Assembly: GCA_002371115.1 (NCBI GenBank)
Contig: DFFY01000056.1
Coordinates: 1 to 62,118 of the forward strand
Direction of reading: 5' to 3'
DNA from: Bacteroidales bacterium UBA3764
Lineage (GTDB): Bacteria; Bacteroidota; Bacteroidia; Bacteroidales; UBA932
DNA: 62,118 bases
The notes under the pieces are model-generated. The model was not told the origin of the DNA. It made no database searches and saw only the letters and a program-made list of their open reading frames with translations. The position numbers were made by a program, and so were the translations under genes. Each line of letters begins with the position of its first letter. The first letter of the stretch is position 1. Below are positions 25,502 through 34,945 of this stretch, piece by piece.

Positions 25502-27823
25502 ATGAAAAAGTATTCCATTTTGCTTGCGGCAGCTGCCGTATTCGCCGCCGCCTCTTGTGCTAAAGAGGCACCCGCACCGGAAGAAATTGCTCCCGCCGGT
25601 GAACAGACACAAACCACTGAGGAGCAAACGCTTACAAACCCCATTACCATCACCTTCTCCGCCAATGCCGAAACCAAGGTGAGCCTGGAGGGGGAAGGCA
25701 CATCCGGCGCTAAAACCGCTGTATGGGACGAGAATGACCGGGTGACAATAATCTGGTTTAACTCCGCCGAAAGCAAAATGAAGAGCGATACCGTTACGGT
25801 TGCCTCCCACGGCTCTGCCTCTACTACATTCACCGCAACCGTAGAGAAGGCCGCCTATTACTATGCCATATACCCGGCGACGATTGACGCAACGTTGGAC
25901 AGTAAGGGGAACTTTACCGTGAATTTCCCCAACAACGCACAGGCTCCCACAACTTTTTCCCGCGCCGCCTGGTATGTGGCAAAGACCACCATGGCAGCCA
26001 AGGACTTCGCCTTCCACCCCATCTCCACCGTGATTAAATTCACCCTTGACGGCAGTGCGACCAGTTCACCGGGCAGCGTGTACCTCTGCTCCATGGCCGG
26101 CGGTCTCACTAAACTGTACGGAACATGCCCCATCACGTTCGCGGAAGAAGAAGGCTACCCGCTTACTGTCGGTGTTCCCTCAAGTGACAGCGCAGGAGAT
26201 GTTACTGCCAAAGTATCTGGAACCGGCACTTATTACCTTTCACTTCCGGCAACCGGACAAACCGCCAATGAAGGCGGCTTCGTCATGCAGATTCAGGAAA
26301 CCGGTGAAACTATCCCGGCCGCACACTACAACACAACGATTTCCCTCACTCCCGGAAAACTGTACAACATAAATTCGGCCGTGGACAGCAAGGTAATCCG
26401 GGACTATTATGTGGCCACCGAGACCAAAGGGTCCGGCGGCGGCCTGTCGCCAGCCAATGCCGAAACTATTGAGAACCTCAAGGCAAATGTTCCGGCATTC
26501 AAGTATAGTACCACCATCGCAGGAGCTCTGCTTCTGAACGGAACCACCATCAACATCCTTGGAGACGCCACAGCCTATAATGTTCCCATTGGAGCGTTCA
26601 ATACAAATACTTCTGCCCCGGTTCACCATTATACAATAGTTGGAGGAATCGGAGAAGGGGCTACAACCTTTACGACTACCGCGAGTTCTTCATTTAATAA
26701 TGCTAAGGCCAGTATAGATGTCAGCAATATTACATTTAGTGGCTGTACTGCTAATTCTGCCGTTAATGTTAGCGCTGGAACAATAAGTTTTGATGCATGT
26801 ACGTTCTCTGACAACAATGCCACAAATGGAGGAGCCGTTACTGTTGGAAGCGATTCGGCAAGCGATTCAAACTTGAGAGTCCGTTTCAGTAATACTATAT
26901 TCAAGGGTAATAGCGCGTCTGGCGGGAATGGTGGTGCTGTGTTCGTTGTAGAAAAAAGCACCGGCGGAGTAGTCTCTTTCAACAATTGCTTATTTGAACA
27001 GAATACAGCCAACTCTACAGGAAAAAGCGGTGGTGCCGCCTACGAAAATAATGGTAGCACTGCACTTCTTTTCAACAACTGCTCTTTTACTGGGATTAAT
27101 GCCGCCAGCAACGGAATTGTCATATATGTCAACAATTCCAAAGGACGCCTGGGAATGAATAACTGCACTATCAATGGTGGCACGGCAAATAAAACAAACG
27201 GCGCTTTGGTAACCAATAAAGGGCTGTCAATAATTTCCAACTCAACTTTCTGGTCAAAAGATGGTTATGGAGCATGGGGACTGATTGCTCTTGGGGCAAG
27301 CGGAACCCAAAACGGTTCAAGTATTGTCAACTGCCTGGTCAGGAATGGAACTGCAACCGCCAACACCCATGAATGGCCTGCTTTTGCCTGCAACACGAAT
27401 TACTATCAGAATGTTCAATGGTGCGTCTATACCGGAGCAAAAGGGGTAGGCTCCTCTGGCAACGAAGTGAGTGCGGACAAACACACTTTTGCGAACTGTT
27501 GGGACCTTGGGGTTGCACAGGGACAGATCATCAATAACTCCCCCAAAAATGCCACTAATGCTACATATGGCAATAAAAAAATAGATGGCGTTACCCAATA
27601 CTACTATGCATGGACCAATGATCTCGCCACAGCCGGATTTACCAAGCCCACAAGGGATCAGATTCGGAATCTGATTGCGAAAACTGCAGAGTCCACCAAC
27701 GATGCAAAAGACGGATTCGGGAAGTTATTCCTTGACTGGTTGGATGAGGTCGGAGGTCTGGATACGGATATTAAAGGAGCGGCTCGACCTGAAGGCGGAT
27801 TCAAACCCGGCTCTGCAGAATAA
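25502..27823 (+). CDS. Lipoprotein with fimbrillin-like N-domain and Pmp-like parallel beta-helix
   Basis: Lipobox AASC, ETKV..W..ND.V and YYAIYPA (fimbrillin-like), repeated FxxN/GGA[V/A] motifs. Confidence 0.8.
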   Translation: MKKYSILLAAAAVFAAASCAKEAPAPEEIAPAGEQTQTTEEQTLTNPITITFSANAETKVSLEGEGTSGAKTAVWDENDRVTIIWFNSAESKMKSDTVTVASHGSASTTFTATVEKAAYYYAIYPATIDATLDSKGNFTVNFPNNAQAPTTFSRAAWYVAKTTMAAKDFAFHPISTVIKFTLDGSATSSPGSVYLCSMAGGLTKLYGTCPITFAEEEGYPLTVGVPSSDSAGDVTAKVSGTGTYYLSLPATGQTANEGGFVMQIQETGETIPAAHYNTTISLTPGKLYNINSAVDSKVIRDYYVATETKGSGGGLSPANAETIENLKANVPAFKYSTTIAGALLLNGTTINILGDATAYNVPIGAFNTNTSAPVHHYTIVGGIGEGATTFTTTASSSFNNAKASIDVSNITFSGCTANSAVNVSAGTISFDACTFSDNNATNGGAVTVGSDSASDSNLRVRFSNTIFKGNSASGGNGGAVFVVEKSTGGVVSFNNCLFEQNTANSTGKSGGAAYENNGSTALLFNNCSFTGINAASNGIVIYVNNSKGRLGMNNCTINGGTANKTNGALVTNKGLSIISNSTFWSKDGYGAWGLIALGASGTQNGSSIVNCLVRNGTATANTHEWPAFACNTNYYQNVQWCVYTGAKGVGSSGNEVSADKHTFANCWDLGVAQGQIINNSPKNATNATYGNKKIDGVTQYYYAWTNDLATAGFTKPTRDQIRNLIAKTAESTNDAKDGFGKLFLDWLDEVGGLDTDIKGAARPEGGFKPGSAE

Positions 27824-28081
27824 ATAGCACCGACGGCACTAAATGACTATACTTGGAGTTGGACAAATTCGGCTGCTACCGGCATGGCGTCGGCAGAGAC
27901 ACTTGAAAACCTAATTAACAACGACACTACACTTGGAACATCTGGCAATTGCGCAGCCTCGAACTTCCTTTCATGGCTGAAGAGCATTAAGTACACCAAC
28001 GGGAATGCCTGGGAGGTTGATTTATACGGCAACAAGCGCTCAACCTCCGCATACTGGCCCGGATGCTATCAGAACGACTAA
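27824..28081 (+). pseudogene. Orphan alternative C-terminus, in frame after the stop of 25502-27823
   Basis: IAPTALNDYTWSWTNSAATGMASAETLENLIN...FLSWLKSIKYTNGNAWEVDLYGNKRS..YWPGCYQND closely matches the end of 31493-34000. Confidence 0.8.
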
Positions 28082-28119
28082 GGCGTAAAATGTTAATGCT
28101 TTAGTATTAAGTATTTACG

Positions 28120-28156
28120 AAAAATCACCTATGCGAATCCGCATAGGTGATTTTTG
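28120..28156. terminator. Bidirectional hairpin terminator
   Basis: aaaaatcacctatgcg-aatc-cgcataggtgattttt. Confidence 0.75.
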
Positions 28157-28227
28157 ATAACTTATTGAATATCTGCGAGCTATATTACACGGGTAAGACC
28201 TCGTTTCCATATCAAGAACCGCCATCC

Positions 28228-28263
28228 TGTCATACCGGAGGCCTATAGGGACGAGTGTATCTC
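28228..28263. repeat. Single REP-like unit related to 1993-2030
   Basis: tgtcataccg...cgagtgtatctc ends match the reverse complement of 1993-2030. Confidence 0.55.
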
Positions 28264-28392
28264 CTGCCGCCAAAGGTTGGTCCTGTTTTTGTCATAAGTT
28301 GGTTTTTGGGGCGCCAACCTCGGGTGTTGGGAACGAAAAGGTCCAGGACCTTTCTGGGAATCTGGACCGTAAACGCTTTGGCTGCGACTTAT

Positions 28393-29397
28393 TCAGTTCT
28401 GTTGTAGTGCGAGGACTTCTTTCAGAGACAACTGCGTGGCTTCTGCCACGGCCTGGGCATTGAGCCCCATTTTCAGGAGCGCCGCTGCCGTCTCCCGCCG
28501 CGCTTTGGCTTCGCCCTCTGCCTTGCCTTCCGCCAGCCCCTCTGCCTTGCCTTCCGCCTTTCCCTTTTCCACACCATCAATGAAGCCGTCCTCATAGTAG
28601 GCGGTGCCCATATCCAGTTTTTCTTCTTCGGTAATCATATTGCGGAAATATTTGGTCAGTTCTTCTTCCTCCGGAGGGCCGGGCATCCGCGCCTCCTGCG
28701 CAATGGCGGCGTAGCGTTTTCCCATTTCTTCCGGTTTCCCTGCAAAGATACGCATATTTGCGAGAATATAAAACCAGCTTTGCACCGGATCTAACCCTTC
28801 AATACTACTCGCTTGCAGGCGGGGCAATTCACAGAAATAGATGGACAGCAGGTCACTGTAGCGCTCCCCGGAGCCCTGCTCGCAGAGCGCGTACCGGTAC
28901 ACCAGCTGGTCCGTCTCATGGTGCATCTTGAAGTCCATGAAGCAAATCACATACACCGGTTTCAGGGACGAATAAGGCTCCCGCGGCTTCAGCTGGGCGT
29001 GCAGCATGGAGGCACCGTAGTACAGCATCCGGTTCTTGAACGACTGTTTCTTCTTCCGCTGCATCTCCACGATGAACTCCGTCCCGTCCGCCGTGTGGCA
29101 CAGCACGTCCATGATGACGTTCTTGTCGTCCGGACGCAGCTTGTCAATCTCGTTGGGAAGCGGTTCCACCGACTCAATCTCCTCCGGAAGGAAGTCGTTC
29201 AGCAGCATCTTCAGAATCTCCGTGTTCTTCATCACGTGCTTGAAGGCCCAGTCACACCGGAGGTCCATGTACGGATGGTCCACAATAGATAGGACAAGCT
29301 GTTCCTTCTCCCTCTCGGAGAGGTCACGGTATCGTTCCACCTCATTGACGATGGCAACGAATTTGCGCATCTGCGCAGGCGTCAATTTTTTGTTCAT
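28393..29397 (-). CDS. Rpn family PD-(D/E)XK nuclease (putative transposase / Rpn toxin-antitoxin)
   Basis: DWAFKHV, MDVLC...DG.EFIVEMQ, FKNRMLYY, LKPVYVI, C-terminal GKAEG repeats and a TQLS..EV HTH tail. Confidence 0.88.
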   Translation of the reverse strand: MNKKLTPAQMRKFVAIVNEVERYRDLSEREKEQLVLSIVDHPYMDLRCDWAFKHVMKNTEILKMLLNDFLPEEIESVEPLPNEIDKLRPDDKNVIMDVLCHTADGTEFIVEMQRKKKQSFKNRMLYYGASMLHAQLKPREPYSSLKPVYVICFMDFKMHHETDQLVYRYALCEQGSGERYSDLLSIYFCELPRLQASSIEGLDPVQSWFYILANMRIFAGKPEEMGKRYAAIAQEARMPGPPEEEELTKYFRNMITEEEKLDMGTAYYEDGFIDGVEKGKAEGKAEGLAEGKAEGEAKARRETAAALLKMGLNAQAVAEATQLSLKEVLALQQN

Positions 29398-29593
29398 AAG
29401 GCTGATGGTTAGCGCCGGACGGAATTGTCCGGCACCCGCAAACATAGAACAAGGACAGCGTAAAACCTACAATCGTAAAAAAAATTGTGTTGTTTCACAT
29501 GATTTTTCTGCTGTTTTTTACGATTCGGATTTTTCCGCAAGAAAAGCATACCGCTTTTAAGGACGATTCCCGCGAAAAATTGTATATTTGTGT

Positions 29594-31150
29594 ATGCGAA
29601 AGAGCACACACATCCTCTTAGCCGGCCTTGTTCTGCTGGCCGTATCCTGCTCCCAAAACAAGTTTGAGGAGCTGGACCGTCTGCTTGCGCAAAAGGACGA
29701 GATAGCGTCTGCCGTAAAAAGAAAAACGGACTCCCTTCGGTTCAGTTATTCTGCTACCCCCCCCCAGGACATTTCCTTGAAATGGGAACGGGCCGAGATG
29801 CTCTATGAAGAATGGCGCCACCTGAACCTGGACTCCTGCACCTTTTACACAAATGAGATGCTCCGCTATGCCGGAGAGGACTCCAGCCGCATTCTCAGAA
29901 GCAAGGCCGCCCTCGTAAGAACGTTGGTCCGGGACGAAGCCGTTTTTAAGGCCGATTCCGTCTTCAAGTCCATGGTCCTGCCGGCCAATGCATCCCAAAG
30001 GGACCTGGACGCCTATTTCTATTGCGCCGACCGCCTTACCAACTACCTTCCAACGGAGTACAGGAAAGCATTCGGCCCGGACGTTGAATTACTTTCCAAC
30101 GAGTATCTCCGAAGAGACAGCTGTTCCCTGAAAGCCCAGCTTCTCCGGGTGAAAGCCCTTCGCTACGCCGGGAAATATGACCAGGCACTGGCCCTTGCCA
30201 AATCCCTTCCGATAAGCGACATGACCGATATCTACGATGTCTCCACCTGCTACTACGTAATTTGCGCCCTCAGCCTTCAACTCGGAGACAGCGAAGAAGC
30301 CCTGGATTATGCAATCAAAGCCTCCTACGTGGATTTATCCTGTGGCATGAAGGACTATGCGTCCCTGTACTCGCTGGCACTCATCCTTTTCAGAGACAGG
30401 AAAGACGTCACGCGGGCCGGCAGATACATGACCCGCGCAGTAGAGGATGCCGCCGAATACAACTTCCCTATCGGCATCCGGCGCAGCGCCCGGGCCCTCT
30501 CCATCATGAACGACACCATCCAACGGATGAACCGTAACCAGCGGCTCATCCTTACAGGGGGCATCATCACGGTCAGCATCTTTCTTGCCATTGCCCTCTT
30601 CCTCCTGTTCTTCAGCCAGAAGATGCTGGGACGCGTAAGGCATGTCAACCGGAAGTACAAAGCATCCCAACACAAGCTCCAGAACGTTTCCCTCATCAAA
30701 GACAAAATGCTGGGAGAGTACATGGAATTGTCCTCCGAATACATTTACAAAGTGGATGAGAACCGCTCCCGCTACCGTAAAATACTGAAGGAGAAAGGGG
30801 CCGATGCGCTCATGACCCTCTTCCGGGAGCCCGCATTTGCCGACAGTGAATTCCCCCACTATTGGAACAACTTCGACAAGATTTTCCTGAGCATCTTCCC
30901 CAACTTTGTGGACAAGGTGAACCAGTTGATGCTGCCGGAAAACAAGTTCGTCACTGACAGCCCCGGAAGCCTGACCACGGAGTTGAGAATCCTTGCACTC
31001 ATTCGGCTGGACATCACCGAGAGCAAGCGTATCTCCGTCATCCTTCATATATCCAAAGGGACCGTATATACCTATAGGAGCATCATGCGCCAGGGCTCCC
31101 TGGACCCGGACCATTTTGAGGAAAACATCCGGAAAATTGAGGATTTCTGA
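29594..31150 (+). CDS. SusR-like / DUF6377 membrane-spanning transcriptional regulator
   Basis: Signal peptide, TPR-like periplasmic region, TM helix, NFDKIFLSIFPNFV..VN.L, LTTELRILALIRL.I.ES..IS.IL..S..TVYTYR. Confidence 0.88.
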   Translation: MRKSTHILLAGLVLLAVSCSQNKFEELDRLLAQKDEIASAVKRKTDSLRFSYSATPPQDISLKWERAEMLYEEWRHLNLDSCTFYTNEMLRYAGEDSSRILRSKAALVRTLVRDEAVFKADSVFKSMVLPANASQRDLDAYFYCADRLTNYLPTEYRKAFGPDVELLSNEYLRRDSCSLKAQLLRVKALRYAGKYDQALALAKSLPISDMTDIYDVSTCYYVICALSLQLGDSEEALDYAIKASYVDLSCGMKDYASLYSLALILFRDRKDVTRAGRYMTRAVEDAAEYNFPIGIRRSARALSIMNDTIQRMNRNQRLILTGGIITVSIFLAIALFLLFFSQKMLGRVRHVNRKYKASQHKLQNVSLIKDKMLGEYMELSSEYIYKVDENRSRYRKILKEKGADALMTLFREPAFADSEFPHYWNNFDKIFLSIFPNFVDKVNQLMLPENKFVTDSPGSLTTELRILALIRLDITESKRISVILHISKGTVYTYRSIMRQGSLDPDHFEENIRKIEDF

Positions 31151-31159
31151 GAAATTGAA

Positions 31160-31302
31160 GTTTTAATTCCACATCCTGTCAGGGCCCATGAAAATAGGCT
31201 CTACACGCGTGTACAATTGTGTTTTCATCCATTTAAAGCGGTTAAAATAGTTTAATTGCACTTCGCGCGCGCAGCAGGCAGCGGAAAAAATAAATATCTT
31301 CG
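31160..31302 (+). promoter_or_regulatory. Paired TTTAATT boxes and promoter of the main PUL operon
   Basis: tttaatt at 31162 and 31251, with TATCTTCG at 31295. Confidence 0.55.
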
Positions 31303-31337
31303 CAATACCACTTTACAACAACCAATAGCCGACAACA

Positions 31338-31496
31338 ATGCGAACACACGTTGAAAAAAAGAAAGACTACGAGTCACCAAAGGCCCAGGTAATCTCTACC
31401 GACCTGTCTTCCATGGTGTGCACCTCCGAAATTGGCAATGCCCCCATTGAAGGTTTCATCATTGATCCAACCCTTGACGCAGACTGGCTGATATGA
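31338..31496 (+). CDS. 52-aa YxxP-motif small peptide
   Basis: MRTHVEKKKDYESPKAQVISTDLSSMVCTSEIGNAPIEGFIIDPTLDADWLI. Its TGA overlaps the next ATG (ATGA). Confidence 0.7.
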   Translation: MRTHVEKKKDYESPKAQVISTDLSSMVCTSEIGNAPIEGFIIDPTLDADWLI

Positions 31497-34000
31497 AAAA
31501 GTTAATACTTCCCCTTTTGATGGCCAGTGTGGTCATCTCTGCTGTTTCCTGCCAAAAGGAAGCCGCCCTTGAACCCGAAAACACGGAAAAGACCCCGTCT
31601 GGATTTGTCCGGTGGTCCTTTACCGCCGACATGCCGGAAACCAAAACCACGCTGGACCTGGATGCAGGCAGCGTTACCTGGGAGGCGGGTGATGTCATCA
31701 CGCTTTATTACCTGGACGGCGACAACGCACCTAAAAGCGTAGAGGCCACCACGGAAACCGGCGGTGCCAATGCCACGTTTACGGCCGATATTCCGGAAGG
31801 AGACGCCCCGGACCACTTCTGGGCCGCCTACCCGGCCTCCTCCGGAGCACTCACCTACGACGGCGGTGAAAAATTCACCATCACTTGCGGCCGGGTGGAC
31901 GGCACGTTCAAAAGTGCGAACATCATGGCGGCCTATTCCACCGCCGCAGCCAAGAGTTTCGCCTTCAAGCATGCCGTCGGCATCATTGCCCTGGCACTTC
32001 CGTCAGGTGGCATTATTAGTCACAATGAAACCGACTACCCCATCACGACCATCCGCGTAAAAGGAAAAGAAACGTCCATTCACAGCATGGGGACCGTGGA
32101 AGTTACAAGCGACGGCACTTCCGTTACCAGTTTTGCCGATGCCGGAGGCACCTCCAGCGCCGCTGTTGACATCAATGATGCCGTCCGTGCGTCCGGGACC
32201 GCCTATCTCCCCTCTTTCCCGGGAACCCTGACCAACGGCCTTGCCATCCGGTATTATTCCAATGCGGGGAACATTCCGGCCATCCTCACCAAAAATGCGG
32301 CCATTACCGTTAGCAGAGGCCACATACTGCCGATAAGCGACCTTACCAGCCACATTGTCTGGGACTACTACGTTTCTGCCAGCGGGAGCGGAGACGGTCT
32401 TACTCCGGCAACCGCCATGTCTGTAAACGACTTCCTCTCCTTCCTGGAAGAAGGGAAAAACGGCGGCTCCAATGTCATCATGTGCTACGCCAACCGCATC
32501 AACGGCGTAACATTCCACTTCACCGCCGGAAGCCATTCCATCAGCTCCCCTATTACTCTTCCGGCCCAGACCATTTACTCGGAAGCCACCTATTACACTA
32601 TTGACGGAGACAATGCCGCCTCCTTGGATGGCGGCGGATCCTCACGCATTTTTGAATTTACCAACGCCGGCGACAGAATTACCATCAAGAATCTGACGTT
32701 TACCAACGGATCCAAGGAAACCGGCGGTATTGCGCTGATTCAAAACGCGGCGCCCCATTTTGAGAACTGCACCTTCACCAATACCACCTCCAACGAAGCC
32801 GGCGGTGCCGTGCGCGTGGATACGGCCAGCAAGGGCGCAGGAACCTTCAACGGCTGCACCTTCTCCAACTGCACCGGAATAAATGGGGGCGCCATTGTCA
32901 TTACCAACGCAAATACTTCCTTGACCCTAACAGACTGTGTATTCTCTAACAACAAAGCTGTTCTGGATGCCGCCAGCAAAAATGGAAATGGTGGAGCCCT
33001 CTACTCAACCAATGGCATCACCACTATTCACAACTGTCGTTTCACAGAAAACACGGCCGTGAGCATGGGTGGATTTGCATATATTACCGGAGGCAATATC
33101 ACCTTTAGTTCGTGTCTGATTGCTCACAACCATTCCACCAATGTTGGCGGGGCAATTGATGTGATAAGTGCTACCGGAAGCCTTTACATATATAGCTGCG
33201 ACTTCATCTCCAACAAAACAACCGGCAATTATAATGGCGGCGCAATATATGCAAGCAATGCACTCAATATCCCGGTTTATATTTCTCATTGCAAATTCAT
33301 AGGGAATTCTGGTTATCAATACGGCTCTGCCATACATTTTGCGAATAAAGCAGATAACACAAAACTTGTCTTTGCCATGGACAATACGCTTGTTTATGGC
33401 AACATAACAAGAAATTCCGCCAATGCCGCAACAAGCTTAACAACGGGTGGTGCGCAAATTAGCCTTGGTGTAGCCAATCTTGTTCTTATGAATAATACCA
33501 TCATTGCAAACAATGGTGGAAGACAAGCGCTTAGGTGTGGGGCAAACAGCGGAAACGACAATGCCTTGTTGCTAAACAATATTATTTCCTCCGAAACAAC
33601 AGGAGGGTATAGTATAAACGCAGCGACTAACGCTTATGCGATTCGTAGTGCAGGATACAACCAATATAGTCCGACCGCTAATGTGGGCGACTGCATTTGG
33701 AGCAGTACCGACAACCTTATTTTGACTTCCCTCCCCACATTTACATACACTGCACCCAATGCAGATAACGAGTATGCCTGGTCCTGGATTAACACAACCT
33801 CCTCGGGCATGGCATCCTCTGAAATCCTCGAGGGACTTATCAACGGAGACGCTTCAATGGGAACAGAAGGGAGTAATGTAGCCTCTGATTTCCTTTCCTG
33901 GCTTAAAAGTCTTGAATACGAAAACGGAAACGCTTGGGAAGTGGATCTTTACGGGAACAAACGTTCCGGCAACTATTGGCCGGGGTGTTATCAGAATTAA
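31493..34000 (+). CDS. Lipoprotein with fimbrillin-like N-domain and Pmp-like beta-helix (paralogue 2)
   Basis: Lipobox AVSC, ETKT..W.AGD.I, FWAAYPA, DYYVSASGSGDG, GGA/FxxN repeats. Confidence 0.82.
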   Translation: MKKLILPLLMASVVISAVSCQKEAALEPENTEKTPSGFVRWSFTADMPETKTTLDLDAGSVTWEAGDVITLYYLDGDNAPKSVEATTETGGANATFTADIPEGDAPDHFWAAYPASSGALTYDGGEKFTITCGRVDGTFKSANIMAAYSTAAAKSFAFKHAVGIIALALPSGGIISHNETDYPITTIRVKGKETSIHSMGTVEVTSDGTSVTSFADAGGTSSAAVDINDAVRASGTAYLPSFPGTLTNGLAIRYYSNAGNIPAILTKNAAITVSRGHILPISDLTSHIVWDYYVSASGSGDGLTPATAMSVNDFLSFLEEGKNGGSNVIMCYANRINGVTFHFTAGSHSISSPITLPAQTIYSEATYYTIDGDNAASLDGGGSSRIFEFTNAGDRITIKNLTFTNGSKETGGIALIQNAAPHFENCTFTNTTSNEAGGAVRVDTASKGAGTFNGCTFSNCTGINGGAIVITNANTSLTLTDCVFSNNKAVLDAASKNGNGGALYSTNGITTIHNCRFTENTAVSMGGFAYITGGNITFSSCLIAHNHSTNVGGAIDVISATGSLYIYSCDFISNKTTGNYNGGAIYASNALNIPVYISHCKFIGNSGYQYGSAIHFANKADNTKLVFAMDNTLVYGNITRNSANAATSLTTGGAQISLGVANLVLMNNTIIANNGGRQALRCGANSGNDNALLLNNIISSETTGGYSINAATNAYAIRSAGYNQYSPTANVGDCIWSSTDNLILTSLPTFTYTAPNADNEYAWSWINTTSSGMASSEILEGLINGDASMGTEGSNVASDFLSWLKSLEYENGNAWEVDLYGNKRSGNYWPGCYQN

Positions 34001-34003
34001 TCC

Positions 34004-34945
34004 GTGAAACACAACAACCATCGATTATTGGCACTGGTGGCGGGGATTGGGCTCGTCACCGGGGCCGTTGTGTCCTGCGGGAAGAGTGACAAGGCCGCAA
34101 GCGGCGGGACGGAGGAAGGAGGAACGCAGAAAACGGAACTGCCCGTAACGGAAATCTCCACCCTCAAGGTGATGAGCTTCAACATCCTGCGGGGAGACCT
34201 CAACGGGCCTGACCATCTCTGGACCAGCCGGAGGGAGGCGTGTCTGGCCATGATTGCCGACGAGGAGCCCATGCTCTTCGGCCTGCAGGAGTGCACCTGG
34301 ACCCAAAGGCGTCACATCCTGGAGGCGGACAGCCGCCTGCAGGCTGTGGGCGTAGCCGTGGACGGGCAGAAGAAGGACTACACCAACGTGTCGTCCAACC
34401 CCATTTTCTGGCGCACGGACATCCTGTCCCTGGAAGATTGGGGCACCTTCTGGCTGTGCGACACGCCGGAAGCCACCGGGACTCCTACCTGGAATGCCCA
34501 GAAACCCCGCACCTGCACCTGGGCGCGTTTCAAAGTGCGCTGCAACGGCAAACGGCTCATTTACTTCAACACCCATGTGGAGAACGCCGCCGGCGAAGAG
34601 ACCAAGGACAAGAGCATCCGCCTCATCGTGGACCGCATGCGGGAAGCGAACCCTTCCCTGCAAGTGCCCATGCTCTTTGGCGGAGACTTGAACAGCAAAG
34701 CGTCGGCCAATTGCCTCTCGGCCATGATGACCTATCTGGAGCATGCTCCCTCTTCCTGCAAGGATACCGACGCAGGACGTACCCTGAACAGTTTCAAAGC
34801 CACGGGCGGAAGCGCGATAGACCATCTTTTCTACAACAAGGAAGGATTCACCGGAAAGCGCTTTTGGGTAAACCGCAAGGCTTACAAGAATGTAACGTAT
34901 CTTTCTGACCATTATCCTATTTTCTGTGAACTGGCATTCAATTAA
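34004..34945 (+). CDS. Endonuclease/exonuclease/phosphatase (EEP) family lipoprotein
   Basis: VMSFNI, FGLQE, FNTH, GGDLN, IDHLF, LSDHYPI. Confidence 0.9.
   Translation: MKHNNHRLLALVAGIGLVTGAVVSCGKSDKAASGGTEEGGTQKTELPVTEISTLKVMSFNILRGDLNGPDHLWTSRREACLAMIADEEPMLFGLQECTWTQRRHILEADSRLQAVGVAVDGQKKDYTNVSSNPIFWRTDILSLEDWGTFWLCDTPEATGTPTWNAQKPRTCTWARFKVRCNGKRLIYFNTHVENAAGEETKDKSIRLIVDRMREANPSLQVPMLFGGDLNSKASANCLSAMMTYLEHAPSSCKDTDAGRTLNSFKATGGSAIDHLFYNKEGFTGKRFWVNRKAYKNVTYLSDHYPIFCELAFN

Noticed and set aside
28270-28370. Short inverted repeats (aggttgg/ccaacct, ggtccag/ctggacc) and the IR at 29471-29526 as ends of an Rpn transposon
   Set aside because: The two sides do not match each other and no target duplication is visible
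25160-31330. Invertible (phase-variable) promoters for the adhesin operons
   Set aside because: No inverted repeat pair flanking either promoter was found, and there is no adjacent invertase
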